From assembly GCA_963790305.1 (NCBI GenBank), contig CAWBOC010000006.1, positions 192,001-256,000 on the forward strand: 64,000 nt of DNA. Reading direction: 5' to 3'. The stretch comes from an uncultured Gemmatimonadaceae bacterium (GTDB lineage: Bacteria; Gemmatimonadota; Gemmatimonadetes; Gemmatimonadales; Gemmatimonadaceae). Below are positions 12,894-21,525 of this stretch, in pieces (position 1 is the first letter of the stretch; each line of letters begins with the position of its first letter). Below the pieces are notes generated by a model. The model searched no databases and had not been told where the DNA came from. It saw nothing but the letters and a program-made list of their open reading frames with translations. Both the position numbers and the translations under genes were made by a program.

Positions 12894-12922
12894 AAGCTAC
12901 TTTGTGTGACGGCACCGAGCAA
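12894..12922 (-). promoter_or_regulatory. Sigma70-type promoter for the Cys-rich ORF
   Basis: TTGCTC-N17-TAGCTT on the minus strand. Confidence 0.5.
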
Positions 12923-13028
12923 TCGACGAAAGGGACTCGACAGCGGCGCGCCTGACTCGCCATCCTTGGACGAACGGTACGACGCACCTGGGCGGGATGC
13001 TTTCACCCTCAGCTCAATCGTGGCGAGC

Positions 13029-13472
13029 ATGGACAGTTCGCGCTTCACCGGCGACAGCGCACGAGGCCGGCGCGGCAACAAGGCGCCGTATTTCCTCAAG
13101 CCGGAACGCGAAGGAATGGTGTCCGTCTTCCGGCGACCGGCGGGCAATCGTATCGACCCCAAGCTGTGTGGCACGATGCCGAGCCGCGCAATGGCCGCGG
13201 CGCTCGTTGGCCAGCTCATGCGAGCGGAGTCCGTGGTGAAGGACCTCTTTCTCGAAGCCACCGACGATGGGATCGAGGCGCTGGAAGCCGTTCTGCTCGC
13301 GTGCAGAACGTCGGTGATGGAACGCGGCGCTGGACGCGCCGCGAACGCCCGCCCTGGCGCCGGTCGGCCCGGTGGCGGGCGACGCCGTGGCCGGCGACGC
13401 GGGGGGCCACGGGACATCCCGGGAAGCGACTCTGACACATCTTCCTCCCCCGAGATGGATCAGGAAGGCTGA
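13029..13472 (+). CDS. Hypothetical protein with Arg/Gly-rich then acidic C-terminal tail (start uncertain, 12906 or 13029)
   Basis: Fills the gap between divergent/convergent genes; globular-looking core (APYFLKPEREGMVSVFRR...LEAVLLAC). Confidence 0.55.
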   Translation: MDSSRFTGDSARGRRGNKAPYFLKPEREGMVSVFRRPAGNRIDPKLCGTMPSRAMAAALVGQLMRAESVVKDLFLEATDDGIEALEAVLLACRTSVMERGAGRAANARPGAGRPGGGRRRGRRRGGPRDIPGSDSDTSSSPEMDQEG

Positions 13473-13481
13473 CACGTATCC

Positions 13482-14087
13482 CTAGCCCGCACGCTCCAGT
13501 GCTGTCAGCGTGCCCGCCGTCGACCTCGCGGCATAGCAGTGCGGGCCGCACTGGATGAATCCGGCGGTCTTCAGCAGACGGCGATAGTATGCGGCGGAGC
13601 GGGGCCGCCACCCGCGCGTATCTCCCACGACCTCGTCGGCGCTCGTGAACAGCTCGAGAAAGGCGATTCCCCGCGTCAGACGCCCGAGCGTTCGCGCTGC
13701 GCGCCGGAGCGGTTCGTCCGGGAGAAAGTTCAGCACCCCGCTGGCGATGACGACGTCGAATGGGCCACGCAGGGGCAGCGTGTCGAGCGAGTCCGCCGAC
13801 CCGTGCATGATGTTGCGGCGCCGTCCGAACCGTTGCACGACGTAGCGGCTCGAATCCACGCCCACATACCGCAGTCGCGGACGGCGCGCCAGGAGTGGAG
13901 CACGCCAGTTCCCTTCCCCGCACCCCACATCGAGCACCGACCGCACCGGCCGCTCGAGTACGTACTCGGCGAGCGACAGCACGAGCGCCGCGCGCCTTGC
14001 GATCTCGGCTCGATCGAGCACGCGGCGACGCGGATCCCGATACCACCGGTCGAAGTAGGCGCGATCGAAGCGCGTTCGGTTCCCCAT
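13482..14087 (-). CDS. Class I SAM-dependent methyltransferase
   Basis: VLDVGCGEG, YVGVDSS, PFDVVIASGVL; GGAG RBS before ATG 14087. Confidence 0.85.
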   Translation of the reverse strand: MGNRTRFDRAYFDRWYRDPRRRVLDRAEIARRAALVLSLAEYVLERPVRSVLDVGCGEGNWRAPLLARRPRLRYVGVDSSRYVVQRFGRRRNIMHGSADSLDTLPLRGPFDVVIASGVLNFLPDEPLRRAARTLGRLTRGIAFLELFTSADEVVGDTRGWRPRSAAYYRRLLKTAGFIQCGPHCYAARSTAGTLTALERAG

Positions 14088-14186
14088 CGACGACTCTCCG
14101 TTGTGCGCATCCGCGAAACGTGTCATGTTCGCCGGCCGTAGTGTACGTGGTGCTCCATTGCTTGCCTACCGATGCCGGAGGTCGCT

Positions 14187-14390
14187 GTGGAATGGACGAT
14201 CATCGCGGTCAACTTTCTGTACGCCGCGCTGGGTGTGGTGCTGATGTACGCGAGCTATCGCCTGATCGATCTCGTGACGCCGAACGTGGACTTCGCCGCC
14301 GAGCTCAAGAATGGCAACGTCGCGGTCGCGATTTTCATCGCGGCGCTGTTCGTTGCGATCGCGATCATCATTGGGGGCGCGCTGAACTGA
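14187..14390 (+). CDS. DUF350 family small membrane protein
   Basis: DLVTP.VDF..EL..GNVAVAI signature, two TM helices; GGAGG before GTG 14187. Confidence 0.85.
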   Translation: MEWTIIAVNFLYAALGVVLMYASYRLIDLVTPNVDFAAELKNGNVAVAIFIAALFVAIAIIIGGALN

Positions 14391-14499
14391 GGGGTCAGCA
14401 GTCAGAGGTGTCGGGGTGCAGGCTCAACGCGAACAGCTCGCACGCCACAATTCCATTCCCTGACACCCCCTGACCCCTGACCCCTGACTCCTGACTCCT
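14390..14499. repeat. Heptamer (AGG[G/A]GTC / GAC[C/T]CCT) tandem arms forming an imperfect inverted repeat
   Basis: aggggtc-agcagtc-agaggtgtc ... cctgacaccccctgacccctgacccctgactcctgactcct. Confidence 0.75.
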
Positions 14500-14503
14500 A
14501 TTC

Positions 14504-15166
14504 ATGACACCAATGCGCACGATTCTCACCTTCGCATTCGTACTCTCGATCGCGTTTCCTCTGTCCGCGCAGCGCGCGGTCACGGGGAGGCCGACGCGTG
14601 ACAATACACGCTACGACGATCTCTTCAGGAAGTACTCGAAACGATTCTTTGGTGTCGGGTACGATTGGCGCTACTTCAAGGCACAAGGAATGGCCGAGAG
14701 CAATCTGGACAGCGCCGCGCGCAGCTACGTCGGGGCGCGCGGGATCATGCAGCTGATGCCCAGCACGTTCGCCCAGATCCAGTCGCGACGGACGGAATTC
14801 GAGTCCATCGATCATGTCGAGTGGAACATCGCCGCCGGCATCCTGCACGATCGATATCTGTGGCAGCGCTGGAAGGATCTCGGGGCCGACGAGGAACGCC
14901 GGCGGTTCATGTTCGGGAGCTACAATGCCGGTGAGGGTCCCATCCTCCGCGCTCGTGGGATGGTTCGCCAGCGACAGCTCGACGCGTACGCGTGGACGAG
15001 CATCGAGCAGGTGGCGCCCGAGGTGCAACGGTGGCGCTATCGCGAAACGCTGGGGTACGTGCGGAAGATTCAGCGCAACCATCAGCAGCTCACGGCACGC
15101 GACCTCGCACGACGGAAGCTTGCCCGGGTGCCAACAGACTCAGCGAAAGAGCGAGAGCCCCACTGA
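14504..15166 (+). CDS. Secreted lytic transglycosylase (SLT domain, MltF-like)
   Basis: Signal peptide; AQGMAES, GARGIMQLMP.T, NI.AG, SYNAG.G, ET.GYV. Confidence 0.9.
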   Translation: MTPMRTILTFAFVLSIAFPLSAQRAVTGRPTRDNTRYDDLFRKYSKRFFGVGYDWRYFKAQGMAESNLDSAARSYVGARGIMQLMPSTFAQIQSRRTEFESIDHVEWNIAAGILHDRYLWQRWKDLGADEERRRFMFGSYNAGEGPILRARGMVRQRQLDAYAWTSIEQVAPEVQRWRYRETLGYVRKIQRNHQQLTARDLARRKLARVPTDSAKEREPH

Positions 15167-16633
15167 GAACTTCGAGTCGCGCGAAACCGGGTCGATCGTC
15201 CAATCGACCTTGATCGGTCCAACGAGGAGACGAACACCAATGTTCTGCTCGAACGGTGGCAGCGAGTCGACCCCCGCCATACCGATCATGTGCCGGAACA
15301 TGATGACCGGTGATCCCACGATCGGAAGCTGAATTCGTTCGATCGGAATCGCGTAGCGGCTCTCGAGGAAGAGCAGCCGGTCTCCGCCGAATTCGAGCAG
15401 GTCGAAGGTCGGGAGCGTTCCACTTCCGCCGAGGTATGCAAAACGCTGGGGCGGCGCCGTGTCGCCGAAGGTGTGAACGGCGTGCGCTTCGAACGAGAAG
15501 GTGTGGTTGCGGAACGCGGGAAAGGCAACGATTGCCTCGAGCGTCGCCTGCGTGAAGCGGGTGTCGTCAGGGGTGTCGAGCGACGTCTCAGTCAGTACGC
15601 GCGTACTGAGCGCAACCTGCTGCCGCTCCCAATCGAAGCGACCACCTGCCAAAGCGGATGTGATTCGGCCATGCCGCACGGCGGGATTCGGGCGTCGCAT
15701 GCCCTCCTCGACATCGTTCCGGCCAAACACGCTCCATGGACCGCCCGCAGTCACCGACCATGCGCGTTCGGTGCGTCCACCAATCTCCAGCGCCAACATC
15801 GTCGCCGCGCGCTCCCAGCGTCGCTGCAGCAACGCCTCTCCTCGATCCGCGCGCCAGTAGTTCCGGTAATCGCGGCCGGCTAACAGTGCGGAGATGAAGT
15901 TCGCGATGTCCGACTGGATCCAGGCGTCATTCGTGAACGTGCCACGGGCGGCTCGCACCTCGAGACTCGTCAGGCGGCCAAGGCCGAGTCGCGCCGTCAG
16001 CGACGGATCGATTGCTCCCAGGTCCGACCGGTAGGTGAGCACGGGATCGATCACAATGCGTCCGGTGTCGAGCATGACGCGCGGTCCCCACGGCAAGCCG
16101 AGTCCGTCGACGCGGGTGTATGTCGGCAAGCGAAACCCAAACACGATGGGGAACGTCAGCGTTTCGTCGCGGCGCGGCGAGACAGCGCGCCAGTCGAGCG
16201 TGAACCCGCCATCGCTGGAGCGAGCGATGGAATACGTCACATCGCGGAAGCTCTCCGTGCCGAGTCCGACGGTCGCCAGCGACGAGGGATAGACGCCGCC
16301 TCCAATCGCGACGGCGCGTCCGTCGATGGCCGCGCCCGGGTGAAGGAAGAGATCGCCATCCACGACGATCACATCGCCATGGACGATGCTCGCGACGGTT
16401 GCGTCCCCGCCCAGGATGAGCACGCTGCGGTCGATGGTCGAATCGCGCGGAAGATGGACGACACTATCCGGCACCACGAGCGAGAACGGGCGCGCGAGGA
16501 GCTCCTGCATGATGACACCGGGCCGGCCGCGCCCTGAGGTTCGCAGTACGACCCGCTGCGATTCCTGCGCGGCGATCGCGTCGCCGACGAGAACGAGCAT
16601 CACCGCGACGACGCACGAGCGCGCGGTCAGCAT
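15140..16633 (-). CDS. Putative outer-membrane beta-barrel protein with N-terminal bactofilin-like beta-helix segment
   Basis: Signal peptide; 'VLILGGDATV..IVHGDVIVVDGDLFL.PGA.IDGRAVAIGG'; amphipathic strands; LGGSGTLP..; C-terminal FSVGLSLFR. Confidence 0.6.
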   Translation of the reverse strand: MLTARSCVVAVMLVLVGDAIAAQESQRVVLRTSGRGRPGVIMQELLARPFSLVVPDSVVHLPRDSTIDRSVLILGGDATVASIVHGDVIVVDGDLFLHPGAAIDGRAVAIGGGVYPSSLATVGLGTESFRDVTYSIARSSDGGFTLDWRAVSPRRDETLTFPIVFGFRLPTYTRVDGLGLPWGPRVMLDTGRIVIDPVLTYRSDLGAIDPSLTARLGLGRLTSLEVRAARGTFTNDAWIQSDIANFISALLAGRDYRNYWRADRGEALLQRRWERAATMLALEIGGRTERAWSVTAGGPWSVFGRNDVEEGMRRPNPAVRHGRITSALAGGRFDWERQQVALSTRVLTETSLDTPDDTRFTQATLEAIVAFPAFRNHTFSFEAHAVHTFGDTAPPQRFAYLGGSGTLPTFDLLEFGGDRLLFLESRYAIPIERIQLPIVGSPVIMFRHMIGMAGVDSLPPFEQNIGVRLLVGPIKVDWTIDPVSRDSKFSVGLSLFR

Positions 16634-17206
16634 CCCGCGAGATCGAGGAAGTTTCGGAGGAGCTGCTTCCCGTGCGCCGTGAGAATGGATTCGGGGTGGA
16701 ACTGTACCCCCCAGACCTTATGTGTCCGATGCCGAACGGCGTGGACCTCTCCGGGATCGTCGGTGGCGACGGCAAGGATCTCGAGCGACTCCGGCATCGT
16801 GTCGCGCTCGACCACCAGGGAATGATAGCGCATCACTTCCATGGGGCTCGGCAAGCTCTCGAACAGGTCTGTTCGCGTCATGCAGGATGCGCGATGTCTT
16901 GCCATGCATGACGCGGCGCGCGCGCACCACACGCCCGCCGTACGCTTCGCCGATCGCCTGGTGCCCCAGGCAGACCCCCAGCATGGGAATTCGTGCGCCA
17001 CACGCCCGTACCAGCGGGACAGTGATCCCCGCCTCGGCCGGGGTGCAGGGTCCAGGGGAAAGCACGATCGCTCGCGGCGCCATGGTCTCGACATCAGCGA
17101 CGGTGACAGCATCGTTGCGCCTCACGACCGGCTCCTCGCCAAGCTCGCCCAGGTATTGAACGAGGTTGTACGTGAACGAGTCGTAGTTGTCGATGACGAG
17201 GATCAT
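16627..17206 (-). CDS. trpG: Anthranilate/aminodeoxychorismate synthase component II (one +1 frameshift near 16874)
   Basis: IDNYDSFTYNL, SPGPCTP, LGVCLGHQ, MHGK, RYHSL, GVQFHPES. Confidence 0.9.
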
Positions 17207-17217
17207 GCGGCAGCGCG

Positions 17218-18129
17218 TCAACCTCGCGGGTGAAACTGCTTGTGGACAGTGCGCAGGTACTCCCGATCGACGTGGGTATAGATCTGGGTCGTCGAGATAT
17301 CGGCGTGTCCAAGCATCTCCTGTACCGCGCGTAAATCTGCCCCTCCCTCGAGGAGGTGAGTCGCGAAGGAGTGCCGGAGCGTGTGCGGCGAGACGTGCTT
17401 CTCGAGATGCGCCTTGTCCACGTACTTGCGGAGCATTTTCCAGGCACCCATGCGGGTGAGCGGAGCGCCGCGCGCGTTCAGAAACAGCACGCCTTTGCCA
17501 CTTCCACGCTCGAGGCGTGGCCGCAGCTCACGCACGTAAACCGCGACAGCGCCGATAGCGCGCCGTCCGATCGGGACGAGACGCTCCTTGCTCCCCTTCC
17601 CGAACACCCGCAACAGGGCGTCCTCGAGCAGCAGGTCACGTACGCCGAGCGAAATCCATTCGGAGACGCGAAGCCCTGCTCCGTAGGCCAGCTCGAGCAT
17701 GGCTCGATCACGGAAGGCCATGGGCTCGTCGAGGGTCACGGCATCGAGAAGCCGCTGGACTTCGTCGGCGGTCAGGACGTCGGGCAGTGTCAGCCAGCGT
17801 TTTGGCGTGTCGAGACGCTCACTCGGGTCGCTGACGAGATACCCTTCGGAGATCAGGAAGCGAAAGTAGGTCCGGACGGCCGAGACGTTGCGGCGTATCG
17901 AAGCCGGAGCCAATCCGACGTCCTTGAGGTGATAGACGAAATCGCGCAGGAGGCGTGGCGACGCTCCCACCGGTTCGCGAACGCCCTTGGTTCGCGCGTA
18001 GCTGACGAAGCGACCGACATCGCGCGCGTACGCGTCGGTCGTGCGGAGCGCCGCTCCCTGTTCGAGCGTCAGGAAGTCCCCAAACCGTTCGAGGAGGAAT
18101 GCGCGACTGACCTCGTCATCGGTGATCAT
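17218..18129 (-). CDS. xerD: Site-specific tyrosine recombinase XerD
   Basis: LP..L...EV..LL, RDRAMLELAY..GLRVSE, GKGSKERLVP, SPHTLRHSFATHLLEGGADLR.VQEMLGHADISTTQIYTHV. Confidence 0.93.
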   Translation of the reverse strand: MITDDEVSRAFLLERFGDFLTLEQGAALRTTDAYARDVGRFVSYARTKGVREPVGASPRLLRDFVYHLKDVGLAPASIRRNVSAVRTYFRFLISEGYLVSDPSERLDTPKRWLTLPDVLTADEVQRLLDAVTLDEPMAFRDRAMLELAYGAGLRVSEWISLGVRDLLLEDALLRVFGKGSKERLVPIGRRAIGAVAVYVRELRPRLERGSGKGVLFLNARGAPLTRMGAWKMLRKYVDKAHLEKHVSPHTLRHSFATHLLEGGADLRAVQEMLGHADISTTQIYTHVDREYLRTVHKQFHPRG

Positions 18130-18731
18130 GTCGATCGGCGACGCCTGATCAAGTACCAACCCACCGCGAGAATGGCCGCTGCTCCGGCGATGAGTGCGGC
18201 CGTCGCTCCCGCCCCGCGCAGCCGCGCTTGCAAGGCTGCCCAATCACTCCCCACACGATACGCGATGACGGTCACGATGCCATACCAGATGGCCGACGCC
18301 ACGGCAATGGCGAGAGCTGCCCGTACAGGCGGAACGCGGAGCGCGCCGGCGAATGGAGGCACGAGCGCGCGCAATCCCGGGATGAAGCGACTGAGGAACA
18401 ATGCGAGGATTCCACGGCGCGCGTACATCGCTTCGAGCCGAGCTTCGTTGGCGCCGCCGCCAAAGCGTGCCATCCACTTGTGTGCGTACTGCGCTCCATA
18501 GCGACGGCCGAGGAGGTAGACGAGGAGCGCACCGGCAACGTTGCCGAACCAGGTGGCGAAGAACGCACCGAGCAGCGTCGCCTGCCCGCGTGCGGCCAGG
18601 AATGCGCCAAATGCCACGACCGTGTCCGCGGGAAGGGGCGGAAACAGGTTCTCGGCGGCCGACACCACCGCGAGCGCCGCATACAACGCTGCCGGTGGCA
18701 GTCCGGCCAGCCAGGCAAGTATGTCCTGCAC
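18126..18731 (-). CDS. DedA family membrane protein
   Basis: ENLFPPLP.D, G..L.Y.LGR.YG, SRFIPGLR..V..AG. Confidence 0.9.
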   Translation of the reverse strand: MQDILAWLAGLPPAALYAALAVVSAAENLFPPLPADTVVAFGAFLAARGQATLLGAFFATWFGNVAGALLVYLLGRRYGAQYAHKWMARFGGGANEARLEAMYARRGILALFLSRFIPGLRALVPPFAGALRVPPVRAALAIAVASAIWYGIVTVIAYRVGSDWAALQARLRGAGATAALIAGAAAILAVGWYLIRRRRST

Positions 18732-19206
18732 TCAGTGGCGAGCGATCGTCACGACCGCGATGCAGGCGAGCCCCTCGCCTTGCCCGATCCAACCCATTCC
18801 CTCGTTGGTCTTCCCCTTCACGCTCACGTCAGCGGTGTCGAGCCCGAGTGCGCCGGCGAGCGCGCCGCGCATGGCGTCTCGATAATCGATGATTCGGGGT
18901 CGCTCAGTCACCACGCTCACGTCGGCGTTTGTCACTCGCCAGCCGAGCGTGCGAACGCGCTCGACGGCCAGCCGGAGCATCTCGATCGAATCGCGTCCCC
19001 GGTTGGCCGGATCACGATCGGAGAACATCTCTCCGATGTCACCGGCCGCGGCCGCGCCGAGCAGGGCGTCGGTGATCGCGTGCGCGACCGCGTCGCCGTC
19101 CGAGTGGCCGACGAGGTGCATGTCAGCGGCAGATGTCGATCCCGCCCAGTCGCAGCGGCCCCCCCGGCGCAAAGCGATGGGAGTCGTAGCCGATGCCCGA
19201 GCGCAT
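18732..19206 (-). CDS. ispF: 2-C-methyl-D-erythritol 2,4-cyclodiphosphate synthase (one +1 frameshift near 19131)
   Basis: Read directly: MRSGIGYDSHRFAPGGPLRLGG; then GHSDGDAVAHAITDALLGA, GDIG, KGKTNEGMG. Confidence 0.93.
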
Positions 19207-19208
19207 GC

Positions 19209-19628
19209 TCACGACGACAGGTTCAGAATTCGGATGGCGAGGGCGGCCGCGTTCTTCGCGTTGTCGATTCCCACCGTGCCAACGGGGACTCCGCTCGGCA
19301 GCTGGGCGATGGCGAACAGGGCGTCGAGCCCGTTCAGCGGACCGGACGCGAACGGAACGCCAATCACCGGCAAATCGGTGAGCGCCGAGACCGCACCAGG
19401 GAGAGCGGCGGACAGTCCGGCACCGGCAATGATCACCCGGAATCCACGCGACTTCGCCGTGCGCGCGAGCTCGGCGGTTCGGTCCGGATCGCGGTGGGCA
19501 CTCGAGACGATGAACTCGTAAGGCACCTTGGCCGTGTCGAGCATCTCGAGGGCCGGGGCCATTTTCGCCTCATCGGACTTCGAGCCGACGAGGACGAGCA
19601 CCAGGGGCGTACGAGCCGGGCGCGTCAC
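19209..19628 (-). CDS. purE: PurE-family AIR carboxylase/mutase, short form (~139 aa)
   Basis: GSKSD, SAHRDP, IIAGAG.SAALPG, PVIGVP, GLDAL....Q.P.GVPV.TV.I..A.NAA; GTGA overlap with mqnC. Confidence 0.85.
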   Translation of the reverse strand: MTRPARTPLVLVLVGSKSDEAKMAPALEMLDTAKVPYEFIVSSAHRDPDRTAELARTAKSRGFRVIIAGAGLSAALPGAVSALTDLPVIGVPFASGPLNGLDALFAIAQLPSGVPVGTVGIDNAKNAAALAIRILNLSS

Positions 19629-20656
19629 GCCGCGGCGCCCGCGGGCATGATGATCGAGTAGTCCTGCCGGCGTCGGGCAGGAATGAAACCGGCATCGAGG
19701 ATGAGCCGCTCCATTTCGTCGGTCGTCGTCCGGTGCGTGGTATTCGCGGCGGAGACGACGTTCTCCTCGAGCATGAGCGAGCCGAAGTCGTTGCAGCCGA
19801 ATCGCAGGGCAAGCTGCCCGATCTTCATTCCCATCGTGACCCAGCTCGACTGGAGGTTCGGCACGTTGTCGAGAACGATGCGCGCGATAGCGACCGTCCG
19901 CAGGTAATCGACGGCGTCCGTCTTCTGCATGTGGCCGAACTCGGGGGTGTTCTCCGGCTGTAGCGGCCAGCAAATGAAGGCGGTGAATCCGCCCGTTCGC
20001 GACTGTACATCGCGCACGCGCTCCAGGTGCTCGATGCGCTCGGCGAGCGTCTCGCCAATGCCGTACATCATGGTGACCGACGTCTTCATCCCCTGTTCGT
20101 GCGCGAGCTCCATGATCTCGAGCCAGCGGTCGGCGCCGGCTTTCTTCGGCGCGGCAATGTCACGGACCCGCTGCACGAGAATCTCACCGCCGCCGCCGGG
20201 GATCGAATCGAGACCCGCTGCACGGAGCTCGCGAATGACCTCACGCGCGTCGAGGCGAAAGAGCTTGGCGAAGAAATCGACCTCGCTCGGGGAGAACCCG
20301 TGGATGTGGATCGGGTGGTATTGCTTGATGTATCGCATCAAGTCGAGGTACCACTCGAAGGGGATGTACGGGTTGTGTCCGCCCTGAATGAGGATCTGCA
20401 CGGCGCCGAGCGCCTTGGCTTCGTCGATCTTGGCCCCGATCTGCTCGAAGGAGAGGGTGTACCCTTCCTGATGCTTCGGCCGCCGATAGAACGCGCAGAA
20501 GCCGCAGTCCGCCACGCAGACGTTCGTGTAATTGATGTTGCGATCGACGATGTACGTCACGATGCCGTGCGGATGCTTTGCCTCGCGCACGCGATCCGCC
20601 TCGATCCCAAGCTCGAGGAGCGGTGCGTTCTGGTAGAAGTCGAGGAGATCGCGCAT
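19625..20656 (-). CDS. mqnC: Cyclic dehypoxanthine futalosine synthase (radical SAM)
   Basis: TYIVDRNINYTNVCVADCGFCAF, QGGHNP, SIPGGGGEIL, QSSWVT, GCNDFGS.MLEENVV. Confidence 0.9.
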   Translation of the reverse strand: MRDLLDFYQNAPLLELGIEADRVREAKHPHGIVTYIVDRNINYTNVCVADCGFCAFYRRPKHQEGYTLSFEQIGAKIDEAKALGAVQILIQGGHNPYIPFEWYLDLMRYIKQYHPIHIHGFSPSEVDFFAKLFRLDAREVIRELRAAGLDSIPGGGGEILVQRVRDIAAPKKAGADRWLEIMELAHEQGMKTSVTMMYGIGETLAERIEHLERVRDVQSRTGGFTAFICWPLQPENTPEFGHMQKTDAVDYLRTVAIARIVLDNVPNLQSSWVTMGMKIGQLALRFGCNDFGSLMLEENVVSAANTTHRTTTDEMERLILDAGFIPARRRQDYSIIMPAGAAA

Positions 20657-20664
20657 GTGACTGC

Positions 20665-20693
20665 GGGGTCAGGAGTCAGGGATCAGGATCAGG
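20665..20693. repeat. Short remnant of the AGG[G/A]GTC heptamer family
   Basis: ggggtcaggagtcagggatcaggatcagg between mqnA and mqnC. Confidence 0.55.
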
Positions 20694-21524
20694 CTGCGGG
20701 CAGGAAGGCCAGCGTCCCGTTAGGGCACCTTCCCGCGTTCGACGAGGCGGCCAAAGAAGGTCGTCAGCCCAGCGAGGTGCGGATACGACAGCCCATAGTC
20801 AAGGCCCGTTAGGTACTCGAGACACTTCGCCTGGGTAACACCGGTATGCGCCGCGGCTTGGCGGGCGAGCTCATCCGAGGTGGGCCAATCCCCAGTCGCG
20901 CGATTCGATCAACGCGGCATGGACGGCGAGCGCCTGCTTGACCGGCGTAGAGCGCAGCGCGACCCAGACGGCGAAAACGAACGGCAGCCCGGTCCACTCC
21001 TTCCAGATCGCTCCCAGATCGTAGAGGTGCGGATACCGCGGCGCACCCGACGTGCCCGCGCCGAGGAGCAGAGCCGCATCGCCAATAACCAGACGTGCGT
21101 CATGCTCCTCCCGCTCAAAGCGTCTCACGTCACTGACCTCGGCGTCGCCTGGCACGAAGCGCGGTGTGCATCGCCAGACGTTCTCGAACAGCAGCTCGAG
21201 AAGAGCCACACTCGTCATCGAGCTCCGACTCACGAGCACCTGCCGATTGCCGAGGTCCTCTGCGCGGTACCGTGAGAACAGCATCACGCTACGCACCGGT
21301 CCGTCGCAGGATACCGCAAGATCGGGGAGGAGGACGTAGCGACTCGAGTCGCGCGCGTATTCCACCGCCGACACGACGCTCACGTCGAGCTCTCCTCGCG
21401 CAATGCGTCCGTTGAGCTCCGAGGGGGTGCCGTCCACGAGTGAGGCGTCCAGCTGCACCACTCCGCGGTCGATGGCGCCATACACCGGATAGCAGTTGAT
21501 GTACGGAATTCGACCGACGCGCAT
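20689..21524 (-). CDS. mqnA: Chorismate dehydratase (+1 frameshifts near 20876 and probably 20723)
   Basis: GRIPYINC.P, G.PSELN, DGPVRSV, SMTSV.L, LVIGD.AL, DLG..WK.WTGLPFVFAVW. Confidence 0.9.
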
Positions 21525-21525
21525 G

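Noticed and set aside
14147..14166. Sigma-54 promoter before DUF350 (tggtgctccattgc)
   Set aside because: GG-GC spacing is 9 nt, not the required 10
17218..18129. Phage or island integrase
   Set aside because: Canonical XerD motifs, embedded in a housekeeping operon, no cargo or att repeats
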